NCBI GenBank assembly: GCA_046092945.1
Contig: JBJTEQ010000250.1
Coordinates: forward strand, 1-42,108
Source: Candidatus Kapaibacterium sp.
GTDB taxonomy: Bacteria > Bacteroidota > Ignavibacteria > Kapaibacteriales > Kapaibacteriaceae
Direction: 5' to 3'
Length of the DNA: 42,108 bases
Shown: positions 36,501 to 42,108 of the stretch, piece after piece
Layout of the letters: each line of letters opens with the position of its first letter
Numbering within the stretch: position 1 is the stretch's first letter
Position numbers and translations under genes: made by a program
The notes under the pieces: generated by a model
What the model was told of the DNA's origin: nothing
Databases searched by the model: none
What the model saw: the letters and a program-made list of their open reading frames with translations, nothing else

Positions 36501-37565
36501 TGGTTCGGCGGCTCGGTCAACTCGAAGCACCTGATCTCAACTGGCATTCTAGATGATGACTTTGATACTGACAACGGCTTCTCTGGCAAGGTACAGTTTG
36601 GTCTCGTTCAGCGCTTCCGCACTGTGGCCGACGTTTCTACATCGCAGGCCTTCGAGTCAGATAATGATGCCCAGGCATCGTACAATCAGCCGTTCACCTC
36701 AGCAACGTTTAGCAACGTTACTGCCATCGGTCCAGTGCAGGATACGGCATGGACAGCTGGCTCAGGAGCCAATCAGTACAGCACTCGCTTTGGTGCCGCT
36801 GCTCAGATCCGCCGCAACTCCCGTCAGTCTATCCACAACTCCGTCTTTGTTGGCTGGCCACGCGGATTTGAGTTTGCGCAAGTACCAACAATGATCGCTG
36901 CTGCCGGAGACTCCATCGAGATCCGCAACAACTCATGGTATGGTGTAAAGGGAGCTGTGCTAACACTTTCTGGCGGTACGGCTCCTGCGGGCATTGATGC
37001 CAACTGGCTTGGTAAGGCCGAGTATGGTAACGTTGTAGACAAGAGTTCGCCGTCTGTCGCAATGCTCGAGAGTCCCTTCCCGACGAACGTCGACTTCAAC
37101 CCAGCTATCAAGATGGGTAGCCCCTTGGCCACTTCGGCGGCCTTTGCGGGCAAGTCTGCTGATAGCTTCTTTGAAAGGGTTGCCTTCCGCGGTGCATTTG
37201 GACTTCAGCGCTGGGACCTTCCATGGTCGGAGTATGATCCAGTGAACCGCGAGTATCGTGCAAAGGACCCAGTGTCCGTGCGCGAAGATGACCAAGCACG
37301 TGCTGGCATGAACGGCACTGTGTTCCCGAACCCGACGATGGACGCTGCAACGGTACGCTACGAACTAGCGAACGCTGATGTGGTAACCATCCGGTTGACC
37401 GATGCAACGGGCTCCGTTGCAGCATCGTTTGTTTCGAACGCTGCGCAGCAGGCAGGCGTGTATGAGTTCCGACTCATCACTGCCGACCTTGCTTCCGGTC
37501 TTTACTTCCTGACGATCTCCGGTCAGCGCGGTACGATGACGCTTCCCGTTACCGTTACTCGCTGA
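33564..37565 (+). CDS. T9SS-sorted surface protein, internally duplicated: Kre9/KNH-like Ig domain(s) plus a ~445-aa beta-helix-like domain of unknown function, twice, then a T9SS C-terminal domain
   Basis: GGAG 6 nt upstream of ATG 33564. Signal MRLLVSLFVAALCLVGSALAQ with no lipobox. Three ~105-aa Ig-like modules at aa ~26-131, 580-683 and 690-794 of the protein. Two large modules share GYVYVN.G.TL.VE.GTI.VGD, GQRARGDWGGILICGKAR, NSGIL+YVRIEFAGIATQPNSELNSLTMGGVGRGTTIEYVQ, NDD.FEWFGG, DDDFD.DNGFSG, SQAFE.DNDA, YRGAF...W...W.EYDPVNREYRA. Tail VFPNPTMDAATVRYEL...GLYFLTISGQRGTMTLPVTVTR. Confidence 0.8.
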   Translation: MRLLVSLFVAALCLVGSALAQNPSSCTIRYPNGGEIFRPGTTQELRWDTAGTFRSRWRFKFGTTPAGPWTTLTGVSNVLDSGATRGQSVPTGGGWRVPNVATTSGYLRMELIADSNGVFDITDNPFTIEEPRVVQPDSVLSGEITRSITLRSTKVYGLSGYVYVNNGVTLTVEPGTIIVGDIPGANSAIVINRGGKLIADGTRQKPIVFTSRAAPGQRARGDWGGILICGKARVNQPAGQAALEGGVADQAAGGKGWYGGTEDDDNSGILRYVRIEFAGIATQPNSELNSLTMGGVGRGTTIEYVQCSHGNDDAFEWFGGTVNGKYLIAYGTLDDDFDCDNGFSGRVQFGLIKRFRTVADVSTSQAFEIDNDATSSFNNPFTRAVFSNVTVIGPLQDTSWTAGSGVNQYSTRYGAAGQIRRNARASIFNSVFVGWPRGFEIAQAPTMVAANGDSLMVRNNSWFGVKGAVLTLAGGTPPAGMDANWLSKQGFSNEVDRGNPNNAFIVNAWPNDNSFDPRPQAVASYLTTGSFDNGSALVAINDPYFQRVSYRGAFDATGARWDDGWAEYDPVNREYRAQPLVRLTAPGTAAGEKYQQAQKISITWDTSGAAGNVFRFEFGTSANGPWQPIAGAESVTDAGATRGVLKDGFTTPNIVTASGYIRMTLVSDPSVFDVSDFPFAIEAPVVVEPTVRLIEPGGNNKVFRVGQSVDVRWDTTNTFRRRWRFEYGKSTDGPWKTIASLTNVLDSATRRGVFAGGIVFRPEDQTKTGYVKMTLLSDTTKFDINDQPFEVVAPAPIKVDSVLEGEITGRVRLVNTKIYGLKGYVYVNDGATLEVEKGTIVVGDEVGNNSALVINRGGKIIAGGTAQDPIIFTSRAVPGQRARGDWGGILICGKARINQPAGQAALEGGVASQTTGGKGWYGGTDDDDNSGILKYVRIEFAGIATQPNSELNSLTMGGVGRGTTIEYVQVSYGNDDGFEWFGGSVNSKHLISTGILDDDFDTDNGFSGKVQFGLVQRFRTVADVSTSQAFESDNDAQASYNQPFTSATFSNVTAIGPVQDTAWTAGSGANQYSTRFGAAAQIRRNSRQSIHNSVFVGWPRGFEFAQVPTMIAAAGDSIEIRNNSWYGVKGAVLTLSGGTAPAGIDANWLGKAEYGNVVDKSSPSVAMLESPFPTNVDFNPAIKMGSPLATSAAFAGKSADSFFERVAFRGAFGLQRWDLPWSEYDPVNREYRAKDPVSVREDDQARAGMNGTVFPNPTMDAATVRYELANADVVTIRLTDATGSVAASFVSNAAQQAGVYEFRLITADLASGLYFLTISGQRGTMTLPVTVTR
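33957..37271 (+). repeat. Intragenic tandem duplication: large module copy 1 at ~33957..35300 and copy 2 at ~35946..37271, register offset 1989 nt
   Basis: Protein copies align colinearly and are roughly 80% identical over the core by eye. The 32-nt string cgtggtgactggggtggtatcctgatctgtgg occurs at 34221..34252 and again at 36210..36241. Elsewhere the copies differ at many synonymous sites. Confidence 0.9.
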
Positions 37566-37591
37566 TTCCGATCGTGAACAGAACGCCGCTG

Positions 37592-37617
37592 CGGCCGGCC
37601 TCGCGAGAGGCTGGCCG
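37592..37617. terminator. GC-rich hairpin, candidate intrinsic (possibly bidirectional) terminator between convergent genes
   Basis: cggccggcctc-GCGA-gaggctggccg forms an 11-bp stem (one G-U pair) with a tetraloop. It is followed by ttgtcggttt on the plus strand and starts 27 nt after the stop at 37565. Confidence 0.5.
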
Positions 37618-37657
37618 TTGTCGGTTTATGGGGTGGTAGTTGTTCCTTGATAGGGGG

Positions 37658-38734
37658 CTAAGGCAGCAAAAGAAAGGCTGCGATGATCCCGCCGACCTGC
37701 AGACGCAGGACCCATGAAGCGCTATCCGGCCGTTCCTGTTTGACCCACCGCCAGGCGAACATCAGGGCAGTGAAGATCACGCTGACGGCGATCCACATCA
37801 GAAACGTTGCGGATGGCCCGACGTAATGCGTCCCAATAAGTTGGTCAAGCCACGGAACGAGTGATCCGTACACAAGCAGCAGATGGCTGATGTACATGAA
37901 CAGCGACTCATTCCCAAGCGTCACGAGCAGACGTCCAACGCGTGTGGTTGTGAGGCGCTGCTCAAGGTGAAACAGCGATCCAAGCAGCAGCAGCGTTGCA
38001 CAGACACGGAACAGCAGTCCACCCGGTGAGCGCCACCAGATGGCATCCCAGGGCATGGCAATGGAAAGCCCCTTGCCGATGAAGAGAACCACAGGGCCAA
38101 TCAAACCAACGATAACGAACAGTCGGGCCAGACGCTCTTTGTTCTCGCTCCGCATGAACCAGCCCGTTATGGCTGCTCCGGCAAAGAGATAGCCACTCCA
38201 AGGAAGCAGCGGAAACTGGCTGATGCCATCGCGGGGGATACTCCACGAAACGGCCATGATGACTGCAGCAATCACTCCGTAGGCGATCGTTGCGCGATGG
38301 AGATTGCGGACAACAAAAAACACAGCAAGTGCAGCCAGACTTGCATAGACGATCACATGAAGAACATCCAGCTGAAGCCACGACGTCCACACCTGCGCAG
38401 GGCCGTCGAGCATCCGCCTGAGAGACATCACCGGTGTGTGCATGACGTACGCACAGAAGAGCACGTAGCTGAGTCGCTTGAGATAGTCCCGGAGCTCTGT
38501 GCTCGCCTCAAGGTAATTCTCTCCGCGACGCGATAGCGCAATCCAGAGTCCAGAGCCCGCACAAAAAATGAACGTTGGAGCTACGTATCCATTCGAAATA
38601 TTCAGAATCGTGAACCACCATGATGACCGCAGTGCAGGGTCGAGTACGACGTTCGTTACATGCACCTGAATCATCCACAGCACGGCAATGCCGCGGGCGG
38701 CATCGAGGAAGGCAAACCGCTGACCTTTGGACAT
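37658..38734 (-). CDS. Multi-pass membrane protein, DUF1624 / heparan-alpha-glucosaminide N-acetyltransferase-like acyltransferase family
   Basis: N-terminus MSKGQRFAFLDAARGIAVLWMIQVH matches the R-x-x-x-LD-x-x-RG-x-A signature of this family. About 10 predicted TM helices. Start trimmed to ATG 38734. Confidence 0.7.
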   Translation of the reverse strand: MSKGQRFAFLDAARGIAVLWMIQVHVTNVVLDPALRSSWWFTILNISNGYVAPTFIFCAGSGLWIALSRRGENYLEASTELRDYLKRLSYVLFCAYVMHTPVMSLRRMLDGPAQVWTSWLQLDVLHVIVYASLAALAVFFVVRNLHRATIAYGVIAAVIMAVSWSIPRDGISQFPLLPWSGYLFAGAAITGWFMRSENKERLARLFVIVGLIGPVVLFIGKGLSIAMPWDAIWWRSPGGLLFRVCATLLLLGSLFHLEQRLTTTRVGRLLVTLGNESLFMYISHLLLVYGSLVPWLDQLIGTHYVGPSATFLMWIAVSVIFTALMFAWRWVKQERPDSASWVLRLQVGGIIAAFLLLP

Positions 38735-38871
38735 GGTATCAGTCCTTTGGGGCGCGGCCCGAGAACCGGCGGAAGATTCCGAGCACGAATGGAGCAACGA
38801 AGATCACCAGGACGATGATCGAGCCGACGATAATGAATGGCCGCTGAAGCATGCACGGAAGATACAGATGG

Positions 38872-38879
38872 TATTTTTG
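38872..38879 (+). promoter_or_regulatory. Candidate Bacteroidetes-type -7 box (TATTTTTG = TAnnTTTG) upstream of ppx
   Basis: Exact motif match in the 163-bp divergent intergenic region, ending 18 nt upstream of ATG 38898. Confidence 0.3.
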
Positions 38880-38897
38880 ATCAGGAACACCGCACCC

Positions 38898-40457
38898 ATG
38901 AAAGACAGCACACAGAGTTCGCTCATAGCAGCAATTGATGTCGGAACAAACTCGTTCCACATGGTCATTGCCAGCGTTACCGATGCGGGTATGCTTCGGA
39001 TTCATGGACGCATGAAGGACACCGTGCGCCTCGGCTCATCGGCCGGAGACATGAAGCGGCTGTCGTCAGATGCAATGGATCGCGGTGTTCAGGCCATGAT
39101 CCGCTTTGTTGACGAAGCCCGCCGGCACAATGCTACAGTCCGGGCGATCGCTACAAGCGCCGTGCGCGAGGCGCTGAACAAAGATGTGTTCGTTGATCGT
39201 GTTCTTCAGGAGACCGGCGTTCATATCGATGTGATACCGGGCATTGAAGAGGGACGTCTCATCTTCCTCGGAGCGCGCAATGCACTGAGTTTCTCCGGCA
39301 AGAGTGTTCTGGTGTTCGACATCGGAGGGGGCTCCACAGAGACCATCACCGGACACGATGTCGAGCCAGTGTATATTCACTCAGCAAAGCTCGGCCACAT
39401 CCGGCTCACGAAGAAGTTCTTCCCGGACGAAACAATCACTGATAAGCAGATCGCTGAATGCCGCGCGTGGATCCGCGGTGAATGGCTTCCGGCGTTTCAG
39501 TCGCACATCGCCCATGGTTTCGATGAGGCTGTCGGCTGCTCGGGCACCGTGATGGCGCTGGCGGCAGTTATCCTGGCCTCGCAGGGGCGAAAGCAGCCGG
39601 AGTCGCTCAACGGTCAGGTGTTCACGCGCGAAGAGATCCTCGCCGGAGTTGATCTCATCGTTTCGAAGCGGTCGCTTCAGCAACGTTTGGCACTTGATGG
39701 AATCGATGCCAAGCGCGCCGACGTTATCGTGGCCGGTGCGCTTATCGTGGAGCAGCTTGTCAGGGGGCTGGGCATCCGCTCACTGACGATCTCGGGATAC
39801 TCACTGCGCGAAGGTATCGTGTTCGACACGGTGCAGAAGGCGCTTGATATCACTACCACACATCACCTGTCGCGTCTGCGATACCAGAGTGTGCAGCACA
39901 TCGGCGAGTTGTATCGCGTCAACATGCGTCACGCCGAACATGTTAAGCACCTGTGCGTCCGACTCTTCGATGATCTGATGCCGCTGCACGGCATGGAGGA
40001 CCGCGAACGTGAACTACTCGAAGCTGCGGCCCTTCTGCATGATGTGGGATATCACATTGCCGCAGACCAGCATCACAAGCACAGCGAGTACATTATCCGG
40101 AACTGTGTGATGCCCGGGTTTACCAGCGACGAAACCGTGCTGATATCCACCATTGCCCGGTATCATCGAAAGAGTCACCCTAAGCGCAAGCATCCTATCT
40201 ATGCTGCACTTTCAGCGGAGGACCAGCATCTTGTGAGTGTGCTATCGTCCATCCTGCGGATCGCCGAGGGGCTTGACCGACGTCAGCAATCGGTAGTGAA
40301 CTCACTCGAGGTTGCAATCAGCGACAAGTCGATCGATGTAGGCTTGGAAGCGATTGCGGAGGTACCCGATGTGGAGCTCTGGAGCGCCGAACGGCGTACC
40401 GGACTTATGGAGGAAACCTTTGACCGGAGCGTACGGTTCACTGTGAAGCGCCCCTGA
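38898..40457 (+). CDS. ppx: Exopolyphosphatase / Ppx-GppA family phosphatase with C-terminal HD domain
   Basis: IAAIDVGTNSFHMVIA, FDIGGGSTE, GCSGT, and an HD region LLHDVGYHI...HHKHSEYII...ARYHRKS. Start trimmed from 38727 to 38898. Confidence 0.85.
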   Translation: MKDSTQSSLIAAIDVGTNSFHMVIASVTDAGMLRIHGRMKDTVRLGSSAGDMKRLSSDAMDRGVQAMIRFVDEARRHNATVRAIATSAVREALNKDVFVDRVLQETGVHIDVIPGIEEGRLIFLGARNALSFSGKSVLVFDIGGGSTETITGHDVEPVYIHSAKLGHIRLTKKFFPDETITDKQIAECRAWIRGEWLPAFQSHIAHGFDEAVGCSGTVMALAAVILASQGRKQPESLNGQVFTREEILAGVDLIVSKRSLQQRLALDGIDAKRADVIVAGALIVEQLVRGLGIRSLTISGYSLREGIVFDTVQKALDITTTHHLSRLRYQSVQHIGELYRVNMRHAEHVKHLCVRLFDDLMPLHGMEDRERELLEAAALLHDVGYHIAADQHHKHSEYIIRNCVMPGFTSDETVLISTIARYHRKSHPKRKHPIYAALSAEDQHLVSVLSSILRIAEGLDRRQQSVVNSLEVAISDKSIDVGLEAIAEVPDVELWSAERRTGLMEETFDRSVRFTVKRP

Positions 40458-40519
40458 GGGCGCAATACACTCGATTTTCCTTCGTCAATTTGGGCCGAAC
40501 ATTTAGAATGGAGAACACT

Positions 40520-42082
40520 ATGTCACGTCGATCCCTCGGCACGGCCATTGCCCTCATTGGTGTGGGCGTAGTCGCCGGCGTTATTCTCATGACCACTTTC
40601 TCGGCCAATGCTATTGAGCAGCTCTTTGCTCAGGACATTGAGTTGGGAGCTACCTCGCCCCCTGCCCCGGCTCCACCGGCGGTGAAGCTGCTCAACGATC
40701 AGTTTGCCAACGTTGCCGGTGCGGTAACGCAGTCTGTGGTGTCCATTTCGGTAAAGACCGATCGTAAGTCCATGATGCGCGGCATGCCGCAGGATTTCTT
40801 CCGGTTCTTTGGACCAGATTTCGGCGCACCGAATGAAGAAGAAGAAGCTCCGCAGATGCCCGAAGGCGAGGCCAGTGGCTCCGGAGTGGTGATCACTGCG
40901 GACGGATATGTTGTGACGAATAACCACGTTGTGGAAAGTGCCAAGGAAGGGGGCATCACCGTTACCACGATCGATCAGAAGCAGTTCAAGGCAAAGCTCG
41001 TTGGACGCGACCCACTTACGGATCTGGCAGTTCTGAAGATCGATGGACGGTTCTCACCGGCCCATCTGGCGCAGCGATCAGACATCCGCATCGGGGAATG
41101 GGTTGTGGCCGTGGGAAGCCCCCTTGGACTGAAGTCCACCGTTACAACAGGGATTGTTTCGGCCATGGGTCGCTCGATCGGCATCGTTGGCACTAACGAA
41201 ATGAACAGTCAACGCAATCGTTACGCTGCCGAGAACTTTATCCAGACGGATGCAGCTATCAACCCGGGGAATTCCGGTGGAGGACTTTTCAATCTTAATG
41301 GAAGTCTTGTCGGCATCAACACCGCCATCGCGTCGCAGTCCGGTGTGAATGCGGGATATGGCTTTGCGATTCCAATCGATATGGTCCGCAGCGTTGTGCT
41401 GGACCTGATCGATGATGGCAAGATCGAGCGCGGCTACATCGGCGTTGAGATCACCAGCGTTGACGAGGCCACTGCCAAGGCTGTTGGTCTTTCCAAGGTT
41501 GCCGGCGTAAGCGTGAACCGCGTTGTCAAGGGTGGCGCGGCAGAAACTGCCGGACTCGAAGTTGGCGACGTGATTCTTGACGTAGATGGCAAACCGGTGA
41601 AGACATCGAGTGATCTGCAGAACGAGATCGTGCTGCGCCGTGCCGGTGATAAAGTGAACCTGAAGATCTGGCGCGATGGACGCGAGATTGCCAAGACCGT
41701 GAAACTCAAAGCTCCGGATAATGTCGATGTTGCCTCAGCGTCTGAACGCGACCAAGACGGTGGATCATCTGCCGACGATGCCGAACCTGTAACCATTAAG
41801 GGGCTTGGTTTTACCGCTGCGGTACTCACCTCGGAGCAGCGTTCGACGTTCAACGTCAAGACCGGTGTGTATGTGGCCAAGGTCGACCGTATGGGGCAGA
41901 TGGCCCGCCGCGGACTGCGTCAGGGAACCGTGATCATGAAGGCCGATGGCAAAGAAGTAACCTCTCCAGCGCAGCTTAAGCGTGTGATCTCGGCCAAGGA
42001 GCCCGGAGATGGGATGATGTTCGTTGTGAAGGACGCAGATGGATCCAAGCAGGCCATCACGGTAGAGGTTCCTGAATTGTGA
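40520..42082 (+). CDS. htrA: Do/HtrA-family periplasmic serine endopeptidase with two PDZ domains
   Basis: GSGVVITADGYVVTNNHVV (His), DLAVLKI (Asp), TDAAINPGNSGGGLFN (Ser), two PDZ segments (GAAETAGLEVGDVILDVDGKPV; MARRGLRQGTVIMKADGKEV). GGAG 6 nt upstream of ATG 40520. Confidence 0.9.
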   Translation: MSRRSLGTAIALIGVGVVAGVILMTTFSANAIEQLFAQDIELGATSPPAPAPPAVKLLNDQFANVAGAVTQSVVSISVKTDRKSMMRGMPQDFFRFFGPDFGAPNEEEEAPQMPEGEASGSGVVITADGYVVTNNHVVESAKEGGITVTTIDQKQFKAKLVGRDPLTDLAVLKIDGRFSPAHLAQRSDIRIGEWVVAVGSPLGLKSTVTTGIVSAMGRSIGIVGTNEMNSQRNRYAAENFIQTDAAINPGNSGGGLFNLNGSLVGINTAIASQSGVNAGYGFAIPIDMVRSVVLDLIDDGKIERGYIGVEITSVDEATAKAVGLSKVAGVSVNRVVKGGAAETAGLEVGDVILDVDGKPVKTSSDLQNEIVLRRAGDKVNLKIWRDGREIAKTVKLKAPDNVDVASASERDQDGGSSADDAEPVTIKGLGFTAAVLTSEQRSTFNVKTGVYVAKVDRMGQMARRGLRQGTVIMKADGKEVTSPAQLKRVISAKEPGDGMMFVVKDADGSKQAITVEVPEL

Positions 42083-42108
42083 TCATGCCGTAGATTTCGG
42101 GATGAAGA

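Noticed and set aside
38727-38897. 5' extension of the ppx ORF, and the matching extension of the membrane-protein ORF (38735..38797, minus strand)
   Set aside because: The two extensions overlap each other head-to-head. Conserved N-termini begin at 38898 (IAAIDVGTNSFH) and 38734 (RFAFLDAARG).

Overview
Gene-dense, moderately GC-rich chromosomal segment with about 30 protein genes. I found no rRNA, tRNA, CRISPR array, transposase, integrase or recognisable defence genes. The organism is most likely in the Fibrobacteres-Chlorobi-Bacteroidetes (FCB) group, Ignavibacteria/Chlorobi/Bacteroidota-like. This is inferred from four proteins ending in type IX secretion system (T9SS) C-terminal sorting domains and from Bacteroidetes-type TAnnTTTG promoter boxes. 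Housekeeping and envelope genes: SpoU/TrmH methyltransferase, S41 C-terminal processing peptidase, LD-carboxypeptidase, kynurenine 3-monooxygenase, FAH-family hydrolase, PBP1A, PD40/OmpA protein, aat, trmB, secD, secF, purA, ppx, htrA. Interspersed are four very large predicted T9SS cargo genes totalling 13.8 kb, about one third of the window. The best candidate for an undescribed system is at 30.6-37.6 kb. There a TonB-dependent receptor is followed after 29 nt by a 1333-aa T9SS-sorted protein, and a strong hairpin ends the unit. That protein is an internal tandem duplication of Kre9/KNH-like Ig domains plus a ~445-aa acidic-motif, beta-helix-like domain whose function I cannot assign. Other notable points: an eight-gene, 9.1-kb co-directional block embeds PBP1A among outer-membrane and lipoprotein genes of unknown function. 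A perfect 62-bp inverted repeat lies exactly at the window start and looks like a fold-back assembly artefact. Several head-to-head gene pairs have almost no intergenic DNA. All functional calls come from reading the translated ORFs; no database search was run.
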